DNA of 64,000 nt from Planctomycetota bacterium. Lineage in GTDB: Bacteria; Planctomycetota; UBA1135; UBA2386. Under the pieces are notes generated by a model. It was not told where the DNA came from. It did no database searches and worked only from the letters and a program-made list of their open reading frames with translations. Location: positions 4,608,001-4,672,000 of the forward strand of contig OZ245838.1 in the NCBI GenBank assembly GCA_965228735.1, written 5' to 3'. Each line of letters begins with the position of its first letter. The first letter of the stretch is position 1. A program made the translations under genes and the position numbers. Below, piece by piece: positions 19,812 to 30,351 of the stretch.

Positions 19812-21125
19812 ATGCCGGCGCTAGTACCCATTGCCCTGTTCGGCTGGCTGCCGCTGTCGTTGGTCTTGTTCTCCATGCTCCAACCGGCGCGCGCCGTGTT
19901 GGCGACCCTCCTCGGGGGGTGGTTGTTCCTGCCGAACAGTGAGATCGACCTGCCGGGGTTCCCGCCCTACACGAAGTCGACGGCCATCGCCCTGGGGCTG
20001 ATGCTCGGTGCCGTGACCACGGGTTCGAAGGGGCGAGCGCCGTTTGCCCTGCGTTGGTTCGACTATCCCGTCCTCGTCTTCTGCGTCGGGTCAGCGGCCA
20101 CTTCCCTGAGCAATGACCTCGGTCTCTACGATGGCGCCTCGACAGCACTCGAGAAGCTGATGTTCTGGGCGGTGCCGTACTTCTTCGGGCGCCTCTACTT
20201 CACCAATCTGGCAGCGCTTCGCGACATGGCGATTGCCTTCGCGATCGGCGGGATCGTCTATGGGGTTCTGTGCCTCTACGAGATCCGGATGAGTCCTCGG
20301 CTGAACCTCAACGTCTACGGCTTCCTGCAGCACAGTTGGCGGCAGCACATCCGGTACGGCGGGTGGCGGCCGATGGTCTTCATGGAACACGGACTGATGG
20401 TGGCCCTCTGGATGGCGGCGACCACGACGGTGTCGTTCTGGTTGTGGCGAGGTCGGGTGCTGACCCGGGTCGCGGGCATGCCATTGGCGTGGGTCACTCC
20501 TGCTCTGGCAGTCGTGACCGTGCTCTGCAAGTCGGCCGGTGGGTGGCTCGCGCTGTCGATCGGTGTTGGCACCTACTACCTCTACCAAGGTCTGCGGATG
20601 CGCTGGGTGCTGGTAGCGGCGCTGCTCGTCTTCCCGGCCTACGTATTCTCGCGTATCACCGGGCTCGTTGCGGCGGATCAGGTTCAAGCCATCGCGGAGA
20701 CCGTTTTCGATCGGGAGCGCGTCGGCTCGCTCGTCGTGAGGTTGTCGCAGGAGGATCCCTTCGTCTCGCGAGCCCTGATCCGTCCGATACTCGGTTGGGG
20801 GGGGTACGGCCGGGGCTGGCCGGTCGATCCGTTCTCCGGCTCCAATGCCGTGCGGCAGGTCGATGCGCTGTGGCTGGTCGTCTTCAGCAAGTTCGGGTTG
20901 CTCGGCCTGATCTCGCTGTGCATGACCTTAGTGCTCGGGCCGTTGATCGCGCTCCGGTCGGTGGCCAGGGCCCGGCATGCCGGCTATCTTCAGAGGTTCC
21001 TACCGGCAGTCCTGTGCGTGCCGGTCGCGTTGTTTCTTGCCGATAGTCTGTTCAACGGCATGGCGAACCCCGCATACACGTTGGCCGCTGGTGCGCTCGC
21101 CGGCTTCGGCTCGGCGCGAGCGTGA
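19812..21125 (+). CDS. O-antigen ligase / polysaccharide polymerase (Wzy-like) membrane protein
   Basis: About 10-12 hydrophobic segments; R.GGWRP..F..H, RPILGWG motifs; between the Wzc-like gene and the flippase. Confidence 0.75.
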   Translation: MPALVPIALFGWLPLSLVLFSMLQPARAVLATLLGGWLFLPNSEIDLPGFPPYTKSTAIALGLMLGAVTTGSKGRAPFALRWFDYPVLVFCVGSAATSLSNDLGLYDGASTALEKLMFWAVPYFFGRLYFTNLAALRDMAIAFAIGGIVYGVLCLYEIRMSPRLNLNVYGFLQHSWRQHIRYGGWRPMVFMEHGLMVALWMAATTTVSFWLWRGRVLTRVAGMPLAWVTPALAVVTVLCKSAGGWLALSIGVGTYYLYQGLRMRWVLVAALLVFPAYVFSRITGLVAADQVQAIAETVFDRERVGSLVVRLSQEDPFVSRALIRPILGWGGYGRGWPVDPFSGSNAVRQVDALWLVVFSKFGLLGLISLCMTLVLGPLIALRSVARARHAGYLQRFLPAVLCVPVALFLADSLFNGMANPAYTLAAGALAGFGSARA

Positions 21126-22585
21126 CGATGGACGGTCGTTCCCTGCGATCGCGGGCACTCGCAGGGTCGTTCTGGACCCTCGGCGGATACACGACGAGCC
21201 AGCTCATTCGGCTCGGCAGCCACCTCGTCCTGGCCTGGTTGCTGGCGCCGGAGATCTTCGGGTTGATGGCACTCGTGAAGGTCGTTCAGCAGGGCCTCAC
21301 GATGTTCTCCGACATTGGCATCGCGCCGAGCATCGTACAGAGCAAGCGTGGGGACGATCCCGAGTTCCTGAACACCGCGTGGACGATTCAGATCATCCGC
21401 GGCGTGATCCTGTGGCTCGTGGCCTGTGTGCTCGCGTGGCCGTTGGCCGCGCTGTTCGCACGCAATGACCTGGCGGCCTGGCAGCTGCTCTACCTGTTGC
21501 CGGTGGCGGGATTCGGCGCCGTGTTCGACGGCTTCGCCTCGACTTCGCTCGGGACCCTGAATCGCAAGCTCTGGCTCGGGCGGGTGACATTGCTCGAGGT
21601 CGGCACGCAAGTGGCTACCGTCGCGGTGATGGTCGCCTGGGGCGCGGTATCGGCGACCGCCTGGGCCCTCGTGTTCGGGGGGTTGGCCGGCTCGCTCGTG
21701 CGCTGCGTCGTGAGCCACTACCTGGTTCCGGGTTACCGCGTGCGGATCGTCTACAATCGCGATTGCGCGCGCGAGATCCTGCACTTCGGGAAGTGGATCT
21801 TCTCGAGCACCGCCTTCACGTTCCTCGCGCTCAACCTCGACCGCCTGATCCTGGGCAACATCCTGTCTCTCGATGAGCTGGGGCTCTACTCGATCGCCCT
21901 GGTGTTCGCCAAGGTGCCGCAGCACGTGGGCTCGCGGCTGTCCTCGACCGTGCTCTTTCCGGTGTATTCGTCGTTTCGCGACCAACCGGATCGCATGGTC
22001 AGCGTGGCGTTGAAGGCGCGAGGCCTCGTGCTGCTGGTCGGGGTGGCGGTTTGCACCTGCCTCGTCGTCGTGAGCCCGATCTTCTTCTACACGTTGTGGG
22101 ACGAGCGCTATCACGAAGCGGGGACCATCGCGCAGTGGATGGCGCTCTACATCTGGGCGATGCTCGTGCAGCTGACGATGAGCCGAATCCCCCTCGCGCT
22201 CGGGAACTCCCGGGCGCTGTTCTTCGCGAACGTGTGGATGTGCGCCGGCAACCTCCTGGCGCTCGTGGGCTACGTCTACTTCGCCCTGCCCGGGTTCATT
22301 GCGGGGCTGGCCCTCGGCCCGATCGTGTCACACCTCTACCTGCTCCGGCACGTTCCCTCGGGAGCCAGAGCGCTCTTGCGACAGAGTGTGGGGTTCACGT
22401 TCGTCGCGGGCTCGTACGGCGGCCTCGCCGTTGCGGTGACCTCATACGTGCGCGCTACGTGCAGCGAGACCGCTTGGGCCTTCGCGGTCGGCGGAATGGC
22501 GCTGATACCCCTGACGATCGCGGGCGCGGTCGGAGCCGCGCAGTTGAAGAACCGCTCGGGGGCCGTTGCGGCCGCGTCTCGCTGA
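21122..22585 (+). CDS. wzx: Oligosaccharide flippase (Wzx-like)
   Basis: LAWLLAPEIFG, FSDIGI, TAWT.QI.RG, DRLILG...LGLYS.A; multi-TM. Confidence 0.88.
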   Translation: MTMDGRSLRSRALAGSFWTLGGYTTSQLIRLGSHLVLAWLLAPEIFGLMALVKVVQQGLTMFSDIGIAPSIVQSKRGDDPEFLNTAWTIQIIRGVILWLVACVLAWPLAALFARNDLAAWQLLYLLPVAGFGAVFDGFASTSLGTLNRKLWLGRVTLLEVGTQVATVAVMVAWGAVSATAWALVFGGLAGSLVRCVVSHYLVPGYRVRIVYNRDCAREILHFGKWIFSSTAFTFLALNLDRLILGNILSLDELGLYSIALVFAKVPQHVGSRLSSTVLFPVYSSFRDQPDRMVSVALKARGLVLLVGVAVCTCLVVVSPIFFYTLWDERYHEAGTIAQWMALYIWAMLVQLTMSRIPLALGNSRALFFANVWMCAGNLLALVGYVYFALPGFIAGLALGPIVSHLYLLRHVPSGARALLRQSVGFTFVAGSYGGLAVAVTSYVRATCSETAWAFAVGGMALIPLTIAGAVGAAQLKNRSGAVAAASR

Positions 22586-22617
22586 TCGCCGCGTCCTGCT
22601 CGGCGGTATTCGGGGCG

Positions 22618-23691
22618 TCAACGATAGCGCCGCCGCCGCTCCAGCCGTCCACGGACTCGGGTGGGGAGTTGACGCAGGCCCTTGAACGGGAGCCCGACCG
22701 TGTATCGCTCCCAGGTAGCGATGGCTCTCCGGCAAGTGCGAAGAACCGACGGGGTCTCGACCGTGCCCTCGAGCAGGCCGATCTCGCTCGTCATCAGCCG
22801 CTGTTTGTAGAGCGCTTCGCCCTTGCCGAGATCGATTCGTCGGATCCCACGCTCGGCGACCGCTTCTGCAATCCTGAGCAGCAGAATGAGCCCGGGGCTG
22901 AACCTCGAGTATTCCGCCGTGTAGCCGGGGAACCAGTAGTGCAGGACATCCGTCGAGCGAATGCCGAAGTGCAAAGCGATCGGTTCGTCACCGAGATAGA
23001 GCGCCGAGAGGATTCCCGAGAACTGTTCCTCTCGGGTGGCGTGCGCTGCCCGGAGAAGATCTCTGGTCCAGGCATGGGCGAACGCGTCCGCGGTTCCCGA
23101 CTCGCGGTACTGGCTCGACTTGATCGCCATGAGCCGGTCCAGAAGGCGATCGTCGGTTGCCTCCAACTCGAACCGCAGCGGCCCGTGCTCGCGTTCGAGC
23201 TTCCGGCACGCGGCATCGACCTTGTTCACCTGCTTGGATCCGCTGGCGCGAACCCGAGCGCCGTAGTCCGCGAAACCGGCTTCCAGATCCATGCAGGGCG
23301 ACGCTGCCGACGCCGTAGCGTGTGGCGCGAACGCTTCGTTGCCCGACGACAGGTGATCGAAATCCCAGACCGCGACCCCACAGTTGGCGACCAACTCCTG
23401 GGCGTCGAATCGTGTGTCCGCGGCCATGATCGGCCCGTGGTGATCCGAGAGCGGTCCGCCGACCGGGCGTCCACGGCGCCATGGTCCGACCTGGAACGGG
23501 AAGAAGCCGGTCGGGTTCGAGTCGCCGCCGAGGATGGCGACGCGCACGTCGTTGCGCACCGTCGCGACCAACCGCGTGAATTCGTGGCAGAAGTAGGGAC
23601 TGGCCAGCAGCGGGTTCGCGCTCCGGATCTCGTTCCAGGCCGCCACGTCCCGGGCGGTGAGATCCATGCCATCGATGACCCTGACTTTCAC
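22618..23691 (-). CDS. GNAT acetyltransferase, CelD/BcsL (Acetyltransf_6) type
   Basis: SPYF..EF, SDHHG, FSPGLILL, IDLGKG...YK motifs. Confidence 0.85.
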   Translation of the reverse strand: MKVRVIDGMDLTARDVAAWNEIRSANPLLASPYFCHEFTRLVATVRNDVRVAILGGDSNPTGFFPFQVGPWRRGRPVGGPLSDHHGPIMAADTRFDAQELVANCGVAVWDFDHLSSGNEAFAPHATASAASPCMDLEAGFADYGARVRASGSKQVNKVDAACRKLEREHGPLRFELEATDDRLLDRLMAIKSSQYRESGTADAFAHAWTRDLLRAAHATREEQFSGILSALYLGDEPIALHFGIRSTDVLHYWFPGYTAEYSRFSPGLILLLRIAEAVAERGIRRIDLGKGEALYKQRLMTSEIGLLEGTVETPSVLRTCRRAIATWERYTVGLPFKGLRQLPTRVRGRLERRRRYR

Positions 23692-23854
23692 GGTGCTGCA
23701 ACGCGCTGTCTGGCGCGATCATCGCGAACCGCGACTGGGAGCGAGCGCCAGGTCGGTGTGCGTTTCGGGATTGCTTTCTACTGTCCACCTGCAGCCGACT
23801 CACGAGCGAAAGAGGCGAAAGCTGTCGGCTTCCGGGCCGCGCGAGGTGCGTGTC

Positions 23855-25792
23855 CTACAAGGTGACGCGATAGCGGCGCGTCCAATGCAGCAGGACGAAT
23901 ATCGCCCAGATGCGTGACCAGTAGATGCCGGGTGCGCCGGCCTGGTGGGCTTCCCACAGACGAAGCACCGCGTCGGGATTCAGACCGCTGGCCTCGCAGA
24001 GCCCGCGGTCACGGAGCGTGGCATCGATGTCGCCCTTGAGTGCATTCCGGCTCCAGACCTCGAGTGGCAAGACGAAGCCCGATTTGGGGCGGTCGAACAA
24101 CTCGGTCGGTAGGCCGCGCAGACCGTTTCTTCGGAGGGCATCCTTGCGGCCCAGCGGCTCGTATCGGCGCGGGATGCTCATGCCCGCAGCGGCTTCGATG
24201 ACCTCGTGATCGAGCAGCGGCACCCGCACCTCGAGTGCGACTGCCATGCTGGCCGTATCCGTGTCGCGCAGCAGTCGCTCACCGATGAAGTTCATGAGTT
24301 CGAGATTCGAGATGCCGTGCAGCGTCGGAGCGTCACGCCAGAATCGATCCCGAGCGGTCGAGTCGGCCGCTGCCAGACCGTGGGACGTCGGGGCGGAGCG
24401 AAGACGACTCAGCTGGGCCAGGAAGGCGGACGAAAAGAGCCCGTACGACACCTGGTAGAGCTCCGCGATGTCGCCCTTCGTCGCCAACGCATCGGCGAGT
24501 TTGCCCCAGCGTGTTTGCGGCGGCACGACTCCTGCCGGACCGGTCTTGAGGCGGGTGACGAGGCCCGCGAGTCGTCGCCGGACCGGATCCGGCAGCACGC
24601 CGAGGCGGCGGGCCCACGTCGCTGCCTTCGGGATGTCGCGGAAACTCCGGTAGCCGCCGAAGAGCTCATCGCCACCCGCGCCCGAAACGGCGACCGTGAT
24701 GCCGGCCTCGCGAACTGCCCGACTCACGAAGTACGTGTTGATTCCGTCGAATGTCGGCTGATCCAGGCCGCCGAGCGCGCTTTCGAGCTGGCTCGCAAAG
24801 CGCGCTTCGCCGAGGTGGATCTCGTGGTGCTCGGTACCGATGTGTTCCGCGACTGCCCGCGCGTAGGAGCTCTCGTCGAACTCGGACTCGTCGAACGCGA
24901 TGTTGAACGTGCGGATGCCCTGGCTGCAGCGGCTCGCGAGGTTGGCCATGGCGCTCGAATCGATGCCCCCCGACAAGAAGACACCGAGCGGCACATCGGC
25001 GATCAGGCGATCCCGGACCGCCTGCTGGAGCTTGTCGGCGAGGTGCTCTTCCCGGTCCTCGTCCGAGCCGCTCCCGGTCGAGCTCGTCGGCAGGCTCCAG
25101 AAGCGCTCTGGCTCCTGCATCGTGCCGTCGGCATCGATCCAGCCGGTATGTCCCGCCGGGAAGCTGCGGATGCCGTCGACGATGGTGGCGCTCCCGTTCA
25201 CGAACCCGTTCCACAGGTAGGTGGAGAGGGCGGTCTCCGAGAGCCGTCGGTCCACCAGGCCGCTCTCGAGCAGGGCCCGGACCTCGGAGGCGAATATCGC
25301 GATCCGCTTGCCGGCCGGCCGCTGAACTTCACTGATGTAGAGCGGCTTGATGCCCACCCGGTCGCGAGCGATCAGCACGCGTCGGGACGTCGCGTCCCAC
25401 AGCGCGAACGCGAACATCCCGCGAAAGTGTCGGACGCAGTCGCGGCCCCATTGGGCGTAGGACTTGAGGATTACCTCCGAGTCGGTCTGCGTACGGAACT
25501 CGTGACCGAGGCTTTCCAGTTCCCCGCGGACGATTCCGAAGTTGTAGATTTCTCCGTTGAAGCAAAGTACGTTGCCCGTCGACGGGTCGTGCATGGGCTG
25601 ACGCCCGGCGTCGCTCAAGTCGATGATGGCGAGTCGCCGATGCGCGAAATACGCGCCGAACTCGGGCTCGGAATCGCTTCGCCAAGTGCCCTTCGCATCG
25701 GGCCCTCGGTGGGCCTGGAAGTCAGAGCAGCGCGCGATGGCGTCCGTCACTTCGCCATCAATTGCTCCAACCCCGCCTGCGATTCCGCACAT
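23855..25792 (-). CDS. asnB: Asparagine synthase-like glutamine amidotransferase (polysaccharide-associated)
   Basis: N-terminal MCGIAG (catalytic Cys), HRGPD, RRLAIIDLS, FNGEIYN, LSGGIDSS, GAGGDELFGGY, EVRVPLLD. Confidence 0.93.
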   Translation of the reverse strand: MCGIAGGVGAIDGEVTDAIARCSDFQAHRGPDAKGTWRSDSEPEFGAYFAHRRLAIIDLSDAGRQPMHDPSTGNVLCFNGEIYNFGIVRGELESLGHEFRTQTDSEVILKSYAQWGRDCVRHFRGMFAFALWDATSRRVLIARDRVGIKPLYISEVQRPAGKRIAIFASEVRALLESGLVDRRLSETALSTYLWNGFVNGSATIVDGIRSFPAGHTGWIDADGTMQEPERFWSLPTSSTGSGSDEDREEHLADKLQQAVRDRLIADVPLGVFLSGGIDSSAMANLASRCSQGIRTFNIAFDESEFDESSYARAVAEHIGTEHHEIHLGEARFASQLESALGGLDQPTFDGINTYFVSRAVREAGITVAVSGAGGDELFGGYRSFRDIPKAATWARRLGVLPDPVRRRLAGLVTRLKTGPAGVVPPQTRWGKLADALATKGDIAELYQVSYGLFSSAFLAQLSRLRSAPTSHGLAAADSTARDRFWRDAPTLHGISNLELMNFIGERLLRDTDTASMAVALEVRVPLLDHEVIEAAAGMSIPRRYEPLGRKDALRRNGLRGLPTELFDRPKSGFVLPLEVWSRNALKGDIDATLRDRGLCEASGLNPDAVLRLWEAHQAGAPGIYWSRIWAIFVLLHWTRRYRVTL

Positions 25793-25973
25793 GACGAAAG
25801 CATCTCACTTTCCGGGAGAGAAAAAACCGCAAGCCGATCCCGGTTCGGTTACGGATTCGGACACACCGCGCCTCGTGGCCGGCGCGTGATTCGGGGCCGC
25901 GTTCTCGGGCGGTGATGCGTCGGTTGCAGGTCGAATTGTCGGTTTCAGTTCCAAGGCAGTTGGGGGTTCAGTC

Positions 25974-27020
25974 GTGAAAGCAGCCATCATCGGAGCGGGT
26001 CATATTGCTCGTGCCCACATGGCTTGTCTGCGCGACTTGCCGGGGGTGGAGACCGCGGCGGTCTGCGATCTCTCCCGCACGCTGGCGGAGTCCGCGGCGG
26101 ATCAGTTCGGGATTCCCAACTGGTATACGGACTACAAGAGGATGTTGGAGGTCGAGCGGCCGGACGTCGTGCATATCGCGACGCCGCCGCGGAGCCACTA
26201 CGCGATGGCCGTAGATGCGCTCGAAGCGGGCGCGCACGTCTTCATCGAGAAGCCCATCGTCACCGAGTTCGACGATCTGAAGTCGCTCGTCGAGCTCGCC
26301 GATGCAAAGGAACGGATCCTGATCGAGGATCACAACTATCTCTTCAATCGGTCGGTCCAGAAAGTGCTGGGGTGGGTCGAATCGGGAGAGTTCGGCGAGG
26401 TGGCTCACATCGACGCGGTCATCGGCCTGGGGATCCTCGGCGAGGGCAGCCGGATGGCCGATCCGAACGTGCCGCATCCGAGCCTCGATCTGCCGGGTGG
26501 AGTGATCGCCGAATTCCTGACCCACCTCGCGTACATGAGCTGGGCGTTCGTCGGGCCAGCGCGTTCCGTCGCGACCAACTGGCGCAAACGGCAGGCGGAC
26601 TCGCCTCTCCCATCCGATGATTTCCGGGCTTTGATCGATGCCGAGCGTGGGACCGCGAGTCTCGTGTTCAGCGCGCACATCCAGCCGGATGCGTTCTTCA
26701 TCCGGGTTCACGGCAGCAAGATGCGGGCCGAAGCCCACCTGTTCGAACCGAAGTTGGTGAGCGAGCGGGTTCGCGGGGCGGGGCCGCTGACGCCGATCCT
26801 CAACGGGGTGGCGCTTGCACGAAAGGAGCTGCGTTCGGCCTGCGCCAGCTTGTGGCGCAAATTGAGCGGTGGCCCCGGGAGCTACGAGGGGCAAACGGAA
26901 CTCCTGCGGCGAAGCTACGAGAGCTTCGCGAAGGGCACACCGCCGCCGATCTCGATCGCCCAGATCGAAGACGTCAACCGCCTCGTCGCCGAGGTCGTGA
27001 ACGAGGCCAATCAGATATGA
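25974..27020 (+). CDS. Gfo/Idh/MocA family oxidoreductase
   Basis: IIGAGHIA, ATPP.SH, HVFIEKP. Confidence 0.9.
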   Translation: MKAAIIGAGHIARAHMACLRDLPGVETAAVCDLSRTLAESAADQFGIPNWYTDYKRMLEVERPDVVHIATPPRSHYAMAVDALEAGAHVFIEKPIVTEFDDLKSLVELADAKERILIEDHNYLFNRSVQKVLGWVESGEFGEVAHIDAVIGLGILGEGSRMADPNVPHPSLDLPGGVIAEFLTHLAYMSWAFVGPARSVATNWRKRQADSPLPSDDFRALIDAERGTASLVFSAHIQPDAFFIRVHGSKMRAEAHLFEPKLVSERVRGAGPLTPILNGVALARKELRSACASLWRKLSGGPGSYEGQTELLRRSYESFAKGTPPPISIAQIEDVNRLVAEVVNEANQI

Positions 27021-28024
27021 AAGTCCTGATCACCGGCGCCAGCGGCTTCCTCGGCCGTCGAGTCGTGGCGGCGTTCCTCGCGAAGGGCGTCGACGTCCGG
27101 GTCATGGTTCGGCCCGCGACTCGAGTCGAGCGGTTCGGCTGGCCTGACAGCGTCGAGATCGTCAGGCACGACCTTCGGGCGCGAGGTTCACTGCAAGCGG
27201 CGTTCGACGGCGTGGACACGTTGGTCCACCTCGCCGCGTGCGTCGGTGGGGACGACGACGAGCGCTTCGCCTCGACGGTGGTCGGAACGGAGCACCTGCT
27301 CAGCGCGATGGCGCAATCGCAGGCTCGCCGCCTCGTGCTCGCCAGCACCTTTTCGGTCTACGACTGGTCCGCGATCCGCGGCACCCTCGACGAGTCTTCG
27401 CCTCTCGAGGCCGATCTCTACACCCGGGACAGCTATGCGGTGACCAAGTTTTGGCAAGAACGCATGGTGATTCGCATGAGCGAGGAGAACGGTTGGGATC
27501 TGCGGGTCCTGCGCCCGGGTTTCATCTGGGGCGAGGGCAACTCCGACCTCGCGGGGATCGGGCAGCGCTTCGGGCGGTTCAGCTTCGTGTTCGGGCTCCC
27601 CAATCGCCGCATGCCGCTGACCCACGTCGACAACTGTGCCGATTGTTTCGTCGCGGTGACCCTCGCCGAGGGGCTCGAGGGGCAGATCTTCAACGTCGTC
27701 GACGACGCGGGGGTCTCGGCCTGGCGTTACGACCGCGTGTACCTTCGTCGCAGCGGTCGCAAGGGTATCCGAATTCCGGTCCCGTACCGTTTGGCCTACT
27801 GGGGCACGCGGGTTGCTCAGCGGATCAGCAAGTGGGTCTTCCGCGGTAAGGGGAAGTTGCCGAGCATCCTCGTGCCCTGTCGATTCGAGGCCCGGTTCAA
27901 GCCGTTGCGATTCTCGAACCAGAAGCTCGCGGACCAAGTCGGTTGGACTCCGCCGCTGAGCTACGAAGAGTGTCTCGAGCGGACGTTCCGGTCAGAGGAG
28001 ACCGATCCGCTCGTGACCCAATAG
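27017..28024 (+). CDS. NAD-dependent epimerase/dehydratase
   Basis: MKVLITGASGFLG, HLAA, YAVTK (YxxxK), LRPG; ATG 27017 overlaps the upstream stop. Confidence 0.9.
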   Translation: MKVLITGASGFLGRRVVAAFLAKGVDVRVMVRPATRVERFGWPDSVEIVRHDLRARGSLQAAFDGVDTLVHLAACVGGDDDERFASTVVGTEHLLSAMAQSQARRLVLASTFSVYDWSAIRGTLDESSPLEADLYTRDSYAVTKFWQERMVIRMSEENGWDLRVLRPGFIWGEGNSDLAGIGQRFGRFSFVFGLPNRRMPLTHVDNCADCFVAVTLAEGLEGQIFNVVDDAGVSAWRYDRVYLRRSGRKGIRIPVPYRLAYWGTRVAQRISKWVFRGKGKLPSILVPCRFEARFKPLRFSNQKLADQVGWTPPLSYEECLERTFRSEETDPLVTQ

Positions 28025-28038
28025 AGTCGACCCACCGA

Positions 28039-29349
28039 GTGTCCAAGCCCAGCTCACCCGATACGCAGCTTCCCGATCCGGCCAGCGCCGGCGATCGGCC
28101 ATCGATTGCCTACTTGACCAGCGTCTATCCGCGCGCGACCGACACGTTCGTGCGAGCGGAGATCGTCGCCCTCGAGGAGCTCGGGTTCGACATCCATCGC
28201 TTCGGCGTGCGACGCCCTGACGCATCGCAGCTCGTCAGCGCAGCAGTCGAGGACGAGGCGAAGCGCACGACCTACCTGCTCGGCCGAGACCGCCTGTTGG
28301 CGCTCATGCTGGCCGCAGTCGCTGCGGCGCTCGGGTCGCCGGTGCGGACCATCCGTGCCGTGCCGCTGACGTTCTCGACGGGCGGCCGCGGCCTCGCGGC
28401 CCGGATCCGGCAGGTCGCCTATTTGTTCGAGGCGATGCTGCTCGCTCGTGAGCTGCGGCGTCGTCGGGTAGACCACCTGCACAACCACATCTCCGAGAAC
28501 TCGGCGCACGTCGCGATGCTGGCCTCCCAGCTGACCGGCATTCCGTTCAGCACCACCGTCCACGGGATGGAGTTGCTGTCCGCGGCCGAACTCGGGCTTG
28601 GCGAGAAGATCGAGCGCTCGGCGTTCACGGTGTGCATCAGCGGATTCACGCGCAGCCAGTGCATGATGCACCTGTCGCGCTCGACGTGGGCGAAGCTCGT
28701 TGTCGTTCGCTGTGGCGTCGGGGCGGAGTTTCTCGAAGCCGCTGCGGCGCCGTTCCCCGAGCGCCACCGGTTCGTGTGTGTCGGCCGGCTGAGCCCGGAG
28801 AAAGGGCATCTGCAGCTCATCGAGGCAGCGCGACTGCTGGCCGAGGCCGGCCTGGACTTCGAACTGGTGATCGTGGGCGATGGTGAGCTGCGCCCAGAGC
28901 TCGAGATCCAGATCGCGAGCAGTGGGTTGGACGAGCGGGTGAGGATCGCGGGGTGGCTCGACAGTGGTGCCGTTCGTCGCGCGATCGAGTCGTCGAGCGT
29001 TCTCGTCGTGCCGAGCTTCAGCGAGGGTATTCCTGTCGCGATCATGGAAGCGCTGGCGCTCGGTCGACCGGTCGTGAGCTCACGGGTCGGTGGGATTCCG
29101 GAACTCGTCGAGCACGGGAAGAGCGGATGGCTCGTGACCCCGGGCTCCGTCGAGTCTCTGGTGGCAGGCATGACGGCAGCCATCCAGGCCGGGCCGGAAG
29201 AACTTGCCGAGAAGGGCGGCAGCGGTGCTGAGCGGGTGCGCCAGTTGCACGATGTGACGGTCGAGGCCGCGAAGCTCGCTGCGCGGTTTCGAGCGGTGAT
29301 CGCTGGTCAGGCCGTCAGCTCGGGTAAGGGGCCGACTGTCCGTGCGTAA
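28039..29349 (+). CDS. Glycosyltransferase family 4 (WcaL-like)
   Basis: YP..TDTFV.AE, VGRLSPEKG, PSFSEGIPVAIMEA (EX7E); GTG start 28039 inferred. Confidence 0.9.
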   Translation: MSKPSSPDTQLPDPASAGDRPSIAYLTSVYPRATDTFVRAEIVALEELGFDIHRFGVRRPDASQLVSAAVEDEAKRTTYLLGRDRLLALMLAAVAAALGSPVRTIRAVPLTFSTGGRGLAARIRQVAYLFEAMLLARELRRRRVDHLHNHISENSAHVAMLASQLTGIPFSTTVHGMELLSAAELGLGEKIERSAFTVCISGFTRSQCMMHLSRSTWAKLVVVRCGVGAEFLEAAAAPFPERHRFVCVGRLSPEKGHLQLIEAARLLAEAGLDFELVIVGDGELRPELEIQIASSGLDERVRIAGWLDSGAVRRAIESSSVLVVPSFSEGIPVAIMEALALGRPVVSSRVGGIPELVEHGKSGWLVTPGSVESLVAGMTAAIQAGPEELAEKGGSGAERVRQLHDVTVEAAKLAARFRAVIAGQAVSSGKGPTVRA

Positions 29350-29414
29350 GGGCGGGTGTGTTCTTGTGGCGGTCTCGTGCGCCGGAACAATGGCGTCGCC
29401 CCTTCCCGAGGCCG

Positions 29415-30242
29415 ATGAGCGTCATTCCGGATATTCCCGCCATGGTGGCTGACCCACTTCCGGAGGTCGTGCTGACTGGCGTGCGCATTCACGCGATCGA
29501 CCAGCCACGGTGCGTTGCCCGTGTCATGGAGAGCCTCGACGCCGAGCGGGGTGGATGGATCGCGACGGCGAACCTCGACCATCTGCGCCGGTTGCGAAGC
29601 GACGCCGAGTTCCGCCGCGTCTACGACGACGCGGCGCTCGTCGTCGCCGATGGCATGCCGTTGGTTTGGGCGGCGAGACTCCAGGGCACGCCGCTACCGG
29701 AGCGCGTGGCAGGGTCCGATCTGATCCACAGTCTGTCGGCCGCTGCAGCAGAACGAGGGCGTCGTATCTTCCTGGTCGGCGGAGACCCTGGTACGGCGGA
29801 AGCCGCCGCGGCCAAGTTGGCGGCCGACAATCCGGGCCTGCAGGTCGCCGGTACCGACTGTCCGCCGTTCGGTTTCGAGCGTGATCCGGACCAGATGGCC
29901 GACCTGCGGCGCAAGCTGGCCGCGAGCGGCGCCGACCTCGTTTTCGTTGGGCTGGGCTCGCCCAAACAGGAGTTCCTGATCGACGCGATTCATGAAGTGC
30001 TGCCGGCCGCATGGTGGGTGGGCATCGGCATCAGTTTCAGCTTCGTCTGCGGTGAAGTCCGACGGGCCCCGGTCTGGGTACGGCGGGTCGGACTGGAATG
30101 GGCTCATCGCTTGCTGCAAGAACCCCGCCGACTCGGAGCGCGGTACCTCTGGCACGGGCCGCCCTTCGTCATGCGCCTGTTTGCGTCCGCGCTGTTCAGG
30201 CGCTTTCGGCCATCATCGGGCCGAACCCCGAGGAACCGGTAG
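29415..30242 (+). CDS. WecB/TagA/CpsF family glycosyltransferase
   Basis: TANLDH, VADGMP, ERVAGSDL, VGLGSPKQE, RAP.W....GLEW..RL..EP.RL..RY; start uncertain (29358/29415/29442). Confidence 0.92.
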   Translation: MSVIPDIPAMVADPLPEVVLTGVRIHAIDQPRCVARVMESLDAERGGWIATANLDHLRRLRSDAEFRRVYDDAALVVADGMPLVWAARLQGTPLPERVAGSDLIHSLSAAAAERGRRIFLVGGDPGTAEAAAAKLAADNPGLQVAGTDCPPFGFERDPDQMADLRRKLAASGADLVFVGLGSPKQEFLIDAIHEVLPAAWWVGIGISFSFVCGEVRRAPVWVRRVGLEWAHRLLQEPRRLGARYLWHGPPFVMRLFASALFRRFRPSSGRTPRNR

Positions 30243-30351
30243 TCCGGACTGCGATGCGAATTCTCTGCAATCATCCTCGCGCAGGTCACTCGCCCCGGCG
30301 GCTTCGGCTGCAGGCGCGCTCTGCTCCACGTTCGGGCATGACAGCTCGGGG

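Noticed and set aside
22051..25915. Plus-strand ORFs 22051-23865 and 24206-25915
   Set aside because: Shadows of the minus-strand GNAT and asnB genes
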